Positions 48,533 through 62,072 of a stretch of 64,000 nt of DNA are shown one piece after another. How positions within the stretch are numbered: position 1 is the stretch's first letter; each line of letters starts with the position of its first letter. The position numbers and the translations under genes were made by a program. The notes beneath the pieces were generated by a model that did no database searches, was not told where the DNA came from, and saw nothing but the letters and a program-made list of their open reading frames with translations. The stretch comes from Paraphysomonas bandaiensis (lineage: Eukaryota > Protista > Chrysophyceae): the NCBI GenBank assembly GCA_965644295.1, contig CBFFRP010000182.1:186001-250000 (forward strand), in the 5' to 3' direction.

Positions 48533-51500
48533 ATGAATCCACAAATTCAACAATTTATAGAATTACTTTCAAATTTAACGGTTCCAAACAATGAAATACG
48601 TGGAGCAGCTGAACGACAGTATGAAGCAATGCGTATAGATGAGAATTGTTTTCTTCCATTAACACTCTTATCGGTATGTATAAATAGAGAGAGTGTGGAG
48701 AATATTGTTTTATTTGATATGGATTATGGATAGGTTATTACTGAGAGTACTGTCAACTCGGATATTCGTAGATTGGCTGCAGTATTACTTCGGAGAGTTA
48801 TGATTAAAGATGAAAATAGTGCCTACAATCAGCTTGATGCATCGAGGTGAATTAATCTTGATCATCCCTAATATGATAATTTGCTATTAGACAAGGGGTA
48901 CTGAAGACCAGTCTTATTAGTGCTCTCGACAATGAGCAAGACTCGTACTTGAAGGCGAGAATATGCGATATTGTGGGAGAGTTAGCTGCTTTCATAGTTC
49001 AGGCCGATGACTGGCCCGAGGTTATCCCTTATACTTACTCTAGCATGCAGGTATTGTCTTCCCAGCAATATGTACCCTCGCACTAATAATTTTTGCAGTC
49101 GGCAGATCCACTGCAGAGGGAAATGGGTCTATCCTTACTTGGTATGCTGGCCGAGCAAGCCGGGGCTTTACTCTCTGGAGACGTCGGTCGTCCTGTTGCG
49201 GAGCAGGTGGTATCAGTCTACGCATCCTGCCTCGTGGACCAGAGTAACGGTGGGAGAGTGATGCTGGCTGCTGTGCGGTCGCTGAACTTCCTTCTTACAA
49301 GCCTACCTCAGCAGAGCGATGTGGATCGATTCACCCCTCTTGTGGAACCACTGGTTAGAGGTCTTCAAATGTTGGCGGGATGGCCAGAGGGCGAACCTAT
49401 GGCTCTCACATATGCTGAAGCAGTAATCGAGATAGCTGAGGATTGCTCAGTATTCTTCAACCCACATCTGGGCATAATGTTTGAGGCGATGTGCGAATTC
49501 TTAAACCCTCAGAACAATGTCTCGAGTGCTTTGCAGCATATGGTGTTGGAGATCCTTATTACTCTAGCTGCTGAGTCTACTAAGCTCGTGCGCAAGCTCC
49601 GTTCCCCTACTGGTGGAGAAAAAGGATACTTTGTGATGCGACTCTTTCCCATATGCGTGCAGATGATGATGTCTATTCCAGAGGATGATAGTTGGAACTC
49701 ATCAGAGAGACCTGAGGAGAGCGCAGAGAGTGTCACGGATAGCGATGTGGCGGAGACTGCGTTGGATCGAATGTGTCGGTCCCTTGGCCTCTCCGCTACC
49801 TGGCCAGTGGTATCTGCACAGCTCAACGAGCTGCTCTCCTCATCTTCGTGGCAGAGCCTTTACACTGGACTTAGGTATTTAGGGAACTACATGGAGGTCA
49901 CCAAAAACATTCACAGTAAGAAGCAGTTGCGAGAACATGTGATGGACACTGGTACTCGCATTATGTCTTTCATTGGTCACGACCACCCTAGAGTTCGAGG
50001 TGCAGCATTCTATGCGCTTGGACAATTTTTCTCAATGCATGGTGGGACAATCACAGACGATCAAGTATCATTGGTACTCCCACATGTTTTGCATTCACTA
50101 CCTGCAGCTGCCAACCCAGCTCCCCGTGTGAGGAGATATGTGCTGGTGTGCATCATTAACATTGTCGACTCATGCTCTGCCGTAACCACCATCGAGGCAA
50201 ATGCAGGATCAATTCTTGAAGCGGTTGCTGCCTCTCTTTCTGAAGGTCCTGTTATGGTACAGGAGCTGTGTGTGGCGGTAATTATCGGGATGGCGGAGAC
50301 AACAGGCGGGAGTGTCCTTGGAAAGTATTATGACAATGTTATGCCCGTCCTACGAGGACTTCTCTCACATGCCCATGCTCTTGGGCTAGAAAGCCTTTGG
50401 GGACAGGGCATGGAGTGCTGTGCGATGGTTGGGGAGGCTTCAGGGAAAGATAAGTTTTACTCAGATGCGCTGGAGATGATGAATTCTTTGGTGGCCATGC
50501 AAAGTGAGCTGGAAGAGGGATCTGAGGCGAGAAAATATCTAATGAAGGCATGGGTTCGAATTGCGTAAGTGTTCCATCTTTTGCATTGATGCCACTTTAT
50601 GTGACGTTATTATAATGTAGGAGATGCTTGGAAGCTGACTTTCTTCCTTTTCTTGACCTGGTTATGGGTCAGCTGCTGGATGCGATGAGCCAGGAGGTAA
50701 CTGCTGATAACATGGATCCGGATGAGCTGGAGACGCGATCCGACATCCACATGGTAGAAATGGAAACAGGTTGGGTGGCAGTACGTACTGCTGCGGTGGA
50801 AGAGCAGTCATCAGCCTGTCAGCTTGTTATGCTTATCGCCGAGAGACTTCAGGAACACTTCTATGCCTACGTTGAGCCCACTGTGCGCGCCCTGGCACCA
50901 CTGCTGGAGTCCCCACATGAAGATGTGCGCTCCTTTGCGATGGTGGCAATGCCGGAGTTAGTGCGCTCCACTGCTAAGGCCACTTCACCGGAGCGCTCAT
51001 CTCTTGCTGCTCTTACAGAGTATGTTGTGGGCTTGCTTATTAAGTCGGTGGAAACTGAGGGGGGGGTCGAACTAATCATGACAGGCCTGCAGGCCTTGCG
51101 ACAGGTATTTCTGTATGCTTGTACCAACTGGGAGGAGTTGCGTCCATTCACCAACAAAGAACCCCCTAAATCAGTTCCGGAGACAAGCATTCAATTGCTA
51201 GAGCATTCTCATATGCGGGCACTCACACAGTGTGCAGCGGTTGTCCTGCGGGACAGTCTTCAGAGGCGTGCAGTTCTTCGGGCAGAAGCACAGATCACAG
51301 GGGTAGTTGATGACGATGACGAGGCGGATGAGATGATGTTTCAGCAGGAAAGCATGGAGCTACATTATAATATTGCAGAACTGCTTGGAACCATATTTCG
51401 TACACATGGACCACGATTTATGGAGGTATATTTGGAGGTTTGGCACGATACTGTTTGCACCATGGGACACGAGAACTGTCTCAAAGAAGATCGCCAGTTC

Positions 51501-52366
51501 TCATGCTTTATTATCAGTGACGTAATAGAGTTTGGCTTGTCTCCTGAGACTGTGAACGCATACTTTGATACCATTTTTCCCATCCTCATCGGCGGTTGCA
51601 TGACGCAGGACGCCGGTATTAGACAGACTTGTGCATATGCAGTTGGAATTGCTGCAGAAAAGCACCCGGGCCCTTTCCGTCCTTTTGCAGCAGCATGTTT
51701 GAACGCTCTCGCTGCATCTATTTCTATGGGTGAAGGAGAAGAAGAGCGGGGGTCTTGTACCGACAACGCTGTCTCTGCCGTAGGTATTCTGCTCGAACGC
51801 ATGGACGTATCTTCGGGGGAGGAATCAGCATCGTTGACTGAAAAATTCCCGTATGTGTGGGGGCAGTGGCTGGCTTATCTACCTTTGCGTCATGATGTGG
51901 TAAGTTAGTCGAAGATGCTATTTTGTTGTTGTACTGATAGTGTACGTAGGAGGAGGGGGGTAAAGTGCTCCGACAATTAAGTAGACTATTGAAATATAAG
52001 CATGCCACACTTTTTTGTAACGTTCAACGAGTAGAGAGAGGGGTAGAGGTTCTTCTAGAGGTACGTATGCTACTGGTGGTTTTCAAGACATGAGTAATAA
52101 GTGTTTGGTTGCAGGCACTTGGCACAGAATTAGTTGGCGACGACCTCACCCGGGAGATCGTTCATACTCTACAATTGATGCGTGTATGTGGCGGTTTACT
52201 CGGTCCACACGGCATGGAAACACTGGCCGACAAGCTGTCGGCTGAAAATGCCGTGAAGTTAAAGAAGTTTCTGAAAATGGATTTCAGCTCACCTTTACAG
52301 TCATCGTCACCTCATGCTCCAGCACCGATTCACGATGTGCTTATGCGCTCCAATATGCCATTATAG
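48533..52366 (+). CDS. IPO5: Importin-5 / karyopherin beta-3 (HEAT repeats), multi-exon
   Basis: NNEIRGAAE, RRLAAVLLRR, HPRVR, GMECCAMVGEASGKDKF, AWVRIA, FLPFLDLVM, TDNAVSAVG and WLAYLPL. Confidence 0.9.
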
Positions 52367-52638
52367 ATCTAACACATGAGTAATACTTTTGTTGGAAATT
52401 TGTTTGGGTTTCGATGCAAAAGAATAGTAGTATATATCATTGATCACCATCATGAGAAATTCCTAGATAGCTCCATGTGATAAATTTTTAGCTTTTATAG
52501 TAATGGATCATAAATAATACTAAGAGTCAAGTGTCTTTGTCGCAGTAAGTTACACTACTAGATGACTGTGGTGGTGTTTATATTGAAGTTCAATCAAGTT
52601 TAAACTTACTTAACTAAACGTGTACACTCAATATTTCC

Positions 52639-53421
52639 CAGGGATAGGGAACAATATATTGTATTGCAATACATTGTAAAATATATTGATTGGTGGACTG
52701 GTCAAATATTCCATCAATAGTGTTTCTGTTAAAAGAGCTCACAATACTATTGCAATATATTGCAATCAATATTATGATAGTCGTATAAGAGAAGATTCTC
52801 AACTGTAGGGTGCAAAATTGATATAAATAACCGAGAAATTGATTACAACATTACAAAGGATAATGAAGCTGATGTTGACTATATGCGACTAAAAACCTTC
52901 AGTCAGCTCAAAAAATTAAGAAACGTACAGATCCACGAGTCATTAACGGTTGCCTGGCCCTGGTATGTACTTCCAATACATGGGAACGTCTGTTCAGCAC
53001 AGCTAAACATATTATATCAGTGTTGCGCAAAAGTATCCATCCTACTTAATATATATGCTGTTGTTTCTGAAAGCTATTCGACAGTTATGGCCGGATACTA
53101 GCATATTTCAATTAATTCTGTGGATGAATATGGTGATGTTGATGTCACCGATGATGGCTCAGAGGATGAGGACGAGGTGGATTTTTAGTAGCTATAAGCA
53201 GCAGTTGGTTTGGTTGTCATGTGATCTTAATGACTAATACTAAAAATGAAATCTACGGATGTGTTTACCTACTGATTAGCCATACTAATATATTGCAATA
53301 CATTGACAATATATTGCAATATATTGTAATTGTATTGTAGGACCGGTTTAAAAAATCCATCAATACTATTGATGGAACGCTATCTAACAATATTATTGCA
53401 ATATATTGTTCCCTATCCCTG
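52639..53421 (+). mobile_element. Internally deleted hAT transposon (783 bp) with a C-terminal dimerisation-domain remnant
   Basis: Perfect 23-bp TIR cagggatagggaacaatatattg, perfect 8-bp TSD atatttcc and tattgcaata subterminal repeats; internal CTSNTWERLFSTAKHII..RKSIHP*/MLLFLKAIRQLW. Confidence 0.93.
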
Positions 53422-55042
53422 ATATTTCCATTATTAAAATAATTATAATCAATATCTCATCATCCACTAAATTTATATTTACCTACTAACAACCGTTTTA
53501 GATATTAGATATTTATCTACAGTATTAGATGATAGTCACCATCTTATACAGTATATTTCAGTTTCACTGGTAATAATCCAATCCTATATCATTAGTTCAT
53601 GATTCATGAAATACGAAATACTGTTATCCCCATTTTGTCTCAAAAAAAGCTTTTTTTTGACCTGATTTTGTCTCAACAAGGCGCTCATATCAGCACCGAG
53701 AAAATATAGACATTCAACTTCAATGTTCTGTTCAACAGAAGCTCACTTCTATCTTTTTTGTGATAATGACAGTCATATGTATGTGATTTCATTATAGTAC
53801 ACAATTATAGAGAAACCACAATCATAAGCAGATCAGCTAACACTCCAGGTTATATTCCATCCTTCGACTGCTATAGAAGATCATAACAAGGCCAGTGCAA
53901 GCAATCTATCTTCATAACTAGGACTTCTAAACATCTTCAAGAATATTACAGGAGAGTTTAAGTGATGCTGTACATAGGTGGTTAGGAGCAGTGACACATC
54001 GTGTTATCAGGATATTTTGTGCTTCATATTGTACACACATCATTCAAATTAGAAGAGGTTTATAGCATGTTGTACATAAATGTGATAATGATGCTAACTA
54101 AAAGGCAATAAGAAGCCTGTCGTGCGACTACAACGTTTTACAGTCATCATCACACTTATGTACGAATTTCAACACTTCGCTCTCTTGCCATTCCTTCAGT
54201 ATCCTTCTGTGATAGAAGTACATTTATTGTAGTTGATTTAGTACAATAGCTATTCTCTAAGCATAAAGTATATACAGATACATATCATTAATTTGAAACA
54301 ATATGAGTTCTCATTTGATTTCTTAATTTTAATTAGGAAACACCTATTTCATAATACAGCAAGCATGCTACAAGTAGCTATAAAATATATGTTGGATTAC
54401 GTATGGTTCTCTAAGACTGCACTGTAGAATACGTTAAATACAATGTGAAAACAGTAATACGTAGTCAATAGTCAAATACTATATAGCAATAACTGTGAAA
54501 CTGAAGTATTATATCATGACAATTCAAGATGCGGAAGTTTAGCAGTGGCTGACATGAACGAAATACTTTATCATTTTTTTACACACACAATTGTGTATGC
54601 AATAATATAATAAAAGAGTCTATCGTTTTTTTGAATGTTGGCTCTGCGTTGCCCCCTAAAATTGTAGAACATTATCAAATCACATACTCATGACAATGCA
54701 GCAATCGAAGTCATTCATTCAGTGCTGAAGTGAAGGAAGGTGAGCGCCATCACTCACAGCATATGAAGATCTCAAGATGTCCTGCGGATCATAGAGTGAG
54801 TTATACCCACAGCTTCATGAACCCTCCTCCCCATAACACTCACAGGGACCCATCGCTATATACATACATGCTATAGATAGGCTAGATAGACATACACGTA
54901 CACCTGTGTTATGTAGATATGTATATATGAGCTTATTGTTATGTTTGAGTGTTTGTTTTGATGCTCTGTAAGCCACTAATATATTGTGTGGTGCGAGATG
55001 GTATCTTAGACAGTCACAGTGTGTAATCAATGGATATAAGAA

Positions 55043-55165
55043 CGACTAGGTTGAATACCAAAGTTGACTAGGTTGAGTCATTTATTACTTTGACTAGGTT
55101 ATTCCACCAAGAATAGCGTGACTAGGTAATTCAACCAATTTGACTAGGTTGAATAATATTTCCCT
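55043..55165. mobile_element. Arm of the GACTAGG fold-back element
   Basis: Five gactagg units ending in gaataatatttccct. Confidence 0.7.
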
Positions 55166-55536
55166 TTCTGATGAGCCAAATATTGAAGTCGAATGCCCGA
55201 TGCTACTATGAGCGTTCTTTCGAACCCTATTCAGGTCAAACATCAAGCTCCAGCATCACTTGAATCAGGTTCGAGGACCAATCATTAATAATTAATACCA
55301 CTGAAAATCAAACTATCATGAGCTAAGGTTTACAAATGAAGTAAACATTACACTACATCCTAATTCAATAGAAAGATTCATCACAAAGCTTGTGGCACGT
55401 CTACAATAAAACGATAACAATGAAACACAGCACATTCAAACACTCACAACTGTACTACATATAAACAGCAAGGCTACTGGAGCCACAACCATTCCACGAA
55501 ACCCAGAGAGACATATGATGTCAACGTGCATCCCTA

Positions 55537-56704
55537 CTACCTCTTGGCAGTCAAAATCGGACGTACTGGAAGAGTTTTCGGTATAGAACTCGGAAGCCAA
55601 GCTCCTCCTTGCATCATTTTTTTTTCCCTGTCCAGTTTAGCAAGGAGTTATATAGCATACCCAGAACTATGAGGAAAAACTTACTCCGCATTTTGTAGAG
55701 CGACTGGTTTAGCTCGAGAAGACAGAGTCGCATACTTCTTTGTCTTGTCGTCATAGGGATCAGAAACATATTCGTGCTGAGAAAAGGTACCCGGGATGAC
55801 ACTCTTACGACGAATTGTAGCACTAAATGGTCGGAAACTCTCTTTGTGGTTTACTACAATAGAAGAGTCAGAGCTGCAATATATACACATTGTCATAGAC
55901 ATACCTCTGCTACTAGTGCTTGCACTTCTACAAAGAGTCGGGGCAGAGGTTGAGTTACTTCTAATATTGTTCGCCGACATCGGCCGTCGAGCATTAGTGG
56001 TGGGGTGTACCGGGAGAGATTGACTTCTCTTGATAGGACTGAACAGCATCTGCATTAACAGCTGTGAGCCGGACACTTAATCGACATCATAATGTATTAC
56101 ATCAGAGAGTGGTTTTGATAATGATTTTTCTTTAGTTGGTACTAAGAAAGGAGTCTTAACAGTCCCTTTGCTTTGAAAGAATTCCTACAATCAATACGTA
56201 TGACGTAGAGAGGTGCGGTAAGAAAAGAGCAACCTTCTTAGCTTTTTCGATAGCTCCATAGTCATCTGGAATATAATCAACATCGTTGAAATCTTTGGAT
56301 GCAGAATTGGTATAAAAATTACGCGGCTCGTACGCCTTCACTTTCTCTGCAGTCTTTTTTGGGGCCTTATTCTGTGTAACGTGTTCATATGGCTTTTCAT
56401 TAAAGGTTCCGTAGTGGAGCCCCTGGCCTTTCGCAGTCTTCTTCGGTGGAGAAGTATATTTGAATCCTTCTTTAGTCAACATTTTTTCTTGTCTCTCTTT
56501 GTTATTAGAAAATACAAGTGTTGGTGCAGTGTACTCCCCCTTATGCATAACATCCATAGATACAGGCTTCTTAGAGACAGCTGTCTTAAAATGAGGAAGT
56601 CCTTTCGCCTCAATATGACCTGTCTTTCTCCGTGGATCCCATGGATCCATATATGGATCATGTGCACAGTTTGGAGGTATATATGAGAATAGAGCCCCTT
56701 TCAT
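55537..56704 (-). CDS. CFAP96/C4orf47 (DUF4586)-like cilia/flagella-associated protein, 3 exons
   Basis: GALFSYI..DPY, FKYTSPPKK, HYGTF, EPRNFYTN, GTFSQHEYVSDPYD and the C-terminal PSSIPKTLPVRPIL resemble that family as recalled. Confidence 0.6.
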
Positions 56705-57299
56705 CGTATATATATGTATGTATATATATGTGTGTGTGTACGTGTGTATATATATAACAACAGAGTGATCAGATGAGACTGTCTGTAGATATCACTCCTC
56801 GATTATATGGAGTGTTAAATGAAGAAGAGAATGAGGGATAGAGAGGATCTAATGTCGGTTTGATCTATACGGAGTGTGTGTATGTGTGTGTATGTGTGTG
56901 TATGTGTGTGTATGTGGTAGAGATAACTGTGATGATAGTCTGGTTATGTATAGTGGGAATACAGTGCTTAGTTTAATAGTAAAGGAAGGGGATTATGATA
57001 GAAGGACTATCATTCTTGTATAGGTAGAGGTGTGATTGGTTATGTGAGTGTTAATATGGATAGATGGGAGTGTAGATATAGTGACCTGTTAGCTATGAGA
57101 TCCTCTGTAGGTGTAGTATACATATCGGTATCGGCAGTCAGCATCTAATTTTTCGGAAATTAATTGAAGTAAAATTACTCTATATTACTTACATACAACT
57201 ACGGCTGTAATACACATAATTTTTGTCTCAATATTAGAGGCATATGTCAACAAAAATATACACAGGATGCCGATACGCGCGCTACTCTATACTGCTATA

Positions 57300-57790
57300 T
57301 GATACGTACACTGATGATGGCTGATGGGATGATACGTACTGCTGGGGATGATACGTACTGCTGGGGATGATACGTACTGCTGGGGTGTGTACTGCTGGGG
57401 ATGATATGTACCGCTGGGGATGATATGTACCGCTGGGGATGATATGTACCGCTGGGGATGATACGTACTGCTGGGGTGTGTACTGCTGGGGATGATACGT
57501 ACTGCTGGGGATGATATGTACCGCTGGGGATGATATGTACCGCTGGGGATGATATGTACCGCTGGGGATGATACGTACTGCTGGGGTGTGTACTGCTGGG
57601 GATGATACGTACTGCTGTGTGTCATATGTGCTGCTACTGCTGGGGTGCTGGGGACTGCTGGGGATGATGTGTACTGCTGGGGATGATACATACTGCTGGG
57701 GTGTGTACTGCTGGGCATGATATGTACTGCTGGGGATGATGTGTACTACAGTACTGGGGATGATATGTACATCAGTATGTACTGCTGTGA
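57300..57790. repeat. G-rich minisatellite of 20-bp and 15-bp variant units
   Basis: Units ggggatgatacgtactgct, ggggatgatatgtaccgct and ggggtgtgtactgct, arranged in repeated blocks. Confidence 0.95.
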
Positions 57791-58228
57791 CCGTCACATA
57801 CAGATATACGTCACACATATACAGAGACAGCATAGCAGACAGGTACGCATAATACACTCGTACTTTATCATAATACAGTCAGATCCCTTATCCCCTTTAT
57901 CATACGCACATCTGATCGTACGCACTCATCATAACATACAATTCCATACACGCTGTATTCTGATAGTAAGTCTAACGTATACATTCCAACAGCATTTTCT
58001 CTGCCATTTCCCAAAAAAAAACTTTTTTTTTGAATATCTACCGAATCTTGAATATTCACCTCCCCAAGATTCAATAAAACATAAGAATCTACAATCTGAT
58101 TGGCTGTAACTACACAAGAGAGAGAAGAGAAGTGGATGCAAATCGTTTCAGTGTATATATACACAGCCTCACTATATTCACTCATACAAACCGACCTTAA
58201 TAAGAAGCTCAATAGATCTAATTGAACG

Positions 58229-59184
58229 ATGGCAAACATAAAATCAATGACAAAGAAAGTCAAGTATGGTATGCTTATGTTTGAAGATCATCCCTATGGT
58301 GAGAATATATATATATTGCATTACTATGGCTTATAATTGTACATAGGTCGTGTTGTCCTCTCTAAGCTTCTAGCAAATGGACATGTACCAACAGTTTGTG
58401 TTGAAGAACGTAGTGCTACAAGGTATTACATTGCTACTGTATAACTATTCAAACTAACGTTGTATACAGTGCTAAGAGATGCAAGTGGTACAATCGACAA
58501 GTCATTGACATGGCTGGGATCAAGCTTCCAACTGTAGACAACTTTCGCGAAACCCAATCTTTTAAAAGGGTTATTGTGGATGATATGAATAACTCTACAT
58601 CGCTGCAGAGTCTGTTGGAAGCGGACCTAGATGTTATATTTTTGGGGGGAGCGGGGATTGTTAAGGAAAACATATTTTCTGCTGCCAAATTTGGAACACT
58701 CAACACACATCCTGGGCTACTTCCGTATATCCGCGGGTCATTACCCGTAGCCTGGTCAATCAAGAAAGATATCCCGATCGGGGTGACCTTACACACGGTT
58801 ACAGATAAGCTGGACTGCGGGCCATGGATAAAGCAAGAGAGGGTGGCTGTCGCTAGAGGGGCGACTTTCGAGCGCATCATATATGACACTTGTACTACGG
58901 CTGGGGATCTTTTTAACAGTGCAATAGAGATGATTTCTACTGAGGGCGTGATCATTGAGCACTCCCAGCTACCTCAGAGTGCATTTGGTCCTAACATGAA
59001 ATGGTCTGGGACAATTGAGAATGAGGCAAGGGAGAAACTTGCATCCGGTCAATATGCCCACTACACTAAGGAAGAAATGGCTAGTGAGGAAAATCGGTCT
59101 GCTCCTGTGGTATCTGTTTCCCGGCCACTTATTATTCCACAAACGGTTACCTCGGTCGAATCGCAGAAAAAGGCTACTGCCTGA
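58229..59184 (+). CDS. Standalone formyltransferase (Formyl_trans_N), 3 exons
   Basis: LNTHPGLLPYIRGSLPVAW, GVTLHTVTDKLDCG; two short GT-AG introns at the 5' end. Confidence 0.88.
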
Positions 59185-59735
59185 GAAAAGTGTGTAGAAG
59201 CTTTCACGCATTCACAAATTTGTAAGATAAATGTGTAAAGTGGTGTGTTAATCTGATGCAGTATAGTGTAGCCGTGTATATAAGTAGGTTATTAGCTCTG
59301 TGTTGTGCACACAGGACAATTCTCTGTGGCGTTTTAGTTTTATCATTCATAATACTGAAAAGTAATTGATTAAAGTAGTACGTATTTGTATGTTTTTATG
59401 GTTGGCCTCTGCTTTTACATTTCGAATACGGTGTTTTCTTGCATTTCGACCCAACAACTGTGATATCTATGAGATATTACCTATTATTTGAAAGCTCTAT
59501 CTGTGCTCATGAACTATATATATACTACTACGGCAAGCGTTTTTGCTTTATCATATCTTATACTTGTTGATTTGAGCGTGTCTTATCTAGTATCGGTAAA
59601 AGAAGTTTACACATACTCTAATTCATGTTTTTTAGCCTGCGTTGGGTTCCGAAGAACCCTCATATTAGCGCCGGGCTACTGACCATTTTCAGACAATGAA
59701 GATCGTTTTAAGAGAAATAAAGTGAATCAAACTAG

Positions 59736-60287
59736 TGTAGCAATCTTGGGTGTAGTGGAAATGGTGGATTACAAGGTTGTTGTGATATGAAGGCCAAGGC
59801 GAAGTAGTACAGGCAATAACATGAGATAAGAGGTAGAAGATGTTTAAGACAAGGTCAGGAGATACGAGTATTAAGGCCAGATACAGGGTTGGAGTGTACC
59901 GGGACTATCCGTACATACGGACGTAACGGACGTTTATGGTAACCCGTACAGTATTATGGTAGTATAAGTAGTATGTAGACGTTGTACGAAACAATATGGA
60001 GTAGATAGAAGGACAATAAGAGGTTGCTGTAGGGATATTTCTGGAAGTAGAAAACTAGCTATTTATGGCTAGAAACCCATCTCTAGAACAGCTATGAAAA
60101 AATAGGCTAAGTTATACGAGTTTTTAGATAGGACAGAATTATAAGGTAAAAGGATATAAAAAGCACAGTTAAGTGTTAGTGAAATTAAGCGCTATCTATC
60201 TGCCTGCTGTCTATTGCACGCATGGATAAAGAAGGTATGTCCGCTGAAACCCACATGGATGATACTCAATCATCCGACGTCGCCACA
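59736..60287 (+). mobile_element. Probable solo LTR (552 bp)
   Basis: TGT...ACA ends with imperfect inverted termini (tgtagcaa / tcgccaca), flanked on both sides by CTAG (4-bp TSD); purine-rich U3-like part and a TATA-like gatataaaaa near 60155. Confidence 0.55.
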
Positions 60288-60818
60288 CTAGATAGATTAT
60301 GCTATTATAATTGTATACACAATTGTGTTGTCAAGTAAAAACTCATCAACAACATGACAATATAATTTGTTCATGCCATCCACTGATCAATTTCCATATC
60401 TTGTACAGTCGTGGTACAATACTTCAGTTTCACAGTTATAGCTATATAGATAGTATGTTTGACTACGTATTACAATTTCTCACATTGTATTTATCGTATT
60501 CTATAGAACTATCTTAGAGAGACATACATATTCCAACGCTAATGTGCGTATTCCAACACATTCAACTTCTATATTCTGTTCGAATTTCGAATAGAAACAA
60601 TCCACCACATTGATATTGTGATTTTATTATGGATATTATACAATCGCAATGATGAGTCAATATTCAAAACGATTCCGTCATCCGTCTGAAATAGAAAATT
60701 CTAATGATGACAGTGCTAGTAATCGATCTTCGCAAAAATGTACAAATAAAGGGCGAAAGTTAAAAAGTGGAGGAAGAGGAGTATTGTTCATCCTTTTCGT
60801 TACTAACCCCTTCTTCAT

Positions 60819-60840
60819 CTAACCCTAACCCTAACCCTAA
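60819..60840. repeat. Interstitial telomere-like (CCCTAA)3+ tract
   Basis: ctaaccctaaccctaaccctaa. Confidence 0.8.
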
Positions 60841-62072
60841 TCTTCATATTACTCATCGCTCTTGGCTGTGTTATCCTAAACATTTATTGTTTTATCACCA
60901 TCAGTATAGAGTACTAACTACAAAAAGTGTGTATAAGTTCGAAGAGTATAGGAGCGGGAGGTGGGTAAACTGTGCACGGCAGTTTCATGCGATATATCCA
61001 GTAACAAGGCTGTGCCCTGAACAAGGTCGGACTCCTACATTTTCGTGGTGTTCTGGGAATAAGAAACGGAACGATTTCTTTGGGAAGCAAACATTAGCCG
61101 CTGCTTGCTTCATATATTGGGCTGTAACCGGGGTGTTTTGGGCTGCCTGCTGAAAGTCGAGCGTCCGGGATGTTCACCTTGAGGACTCGAAAATCCTGAC
61201 GTCAGCAGATGTTAGCAGGTATATCAACATTCTGCATGTTCACTACGTTTGCTTTTTGTGTGATAGAGCGTGAGTGGTTGCAACTTGGTGTTGGCGGTGA
61301 CACACAAGCAGCTTTCGTAATGATAAATAGTAGGATATTAGAGTAAAGCTCTAGTTGGTTAAATTATAATGCTAAATTAGTTCCGACTCTTACACGCCTA
61401 TTGCTAATAATAAGATATTTACTACTAGCCAGTCTGTTCTCTAGCGAGCGGTTGACTACTATTTTCATCGCTATACTAGATGTACTTGCAAGCATAACAG
61501 TTGTACGATGATACAGATTATCCATGATAAATAGTAATATTATTTTAATTAAGAAGCTTCGGTTGTGTATTGGTTACACGGTTACTGTAATATATTGTCA
61601 GCTAGTTATAACAGAAACGACTATCGACCAATCATTATAGCATTCTACAATACATTATTCCCCAGTAATGGTTTATTAGGTGGTAGTCCTTTCAAATATT
61701 CAGTGGTTCTTGCATTGAATATCTTAGGAATTAGTTTGGTAGAAAGCTTAACAATATTCTGCTCATATATATTTTAAGGGGGATAACGACTTTCTCAATC
61801 TATAAACTAATGTATGTTTTGCCAATAACAAGACATTCACTAATGTAGTTCACGAGGTACTAAGTTTAGAGGAATCAAATGATGGACAGAAGAAAAATAC
61901 TAATTCCAGTTCAGAATACATATATATACTTTGTATACTTCCCTATTCCTTAAACATATCATATTTAAAGTACTTTGAATACTTATGATACTTCAGTTTC
62001 AAGCAATATAGCATATAGTTTGCTTTTCTTCCAACATTGGTGTAAGCACAATTTCATGCCTATTTATAATGG

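Noticed and set aside
53430-55500. tRNA, snRNA or snoRNA genes in the long intergenic stretches
   Set aside because: No cloverleaf or recognisable RNA-gene signature seen by eye; a covariance-model search would be needed.
57282-57857. Minus-strand ORFs with HPQQY/SSPAV repeats
   Set aside because: Open in several frames because of the minisatellite; no independent coding evidence.
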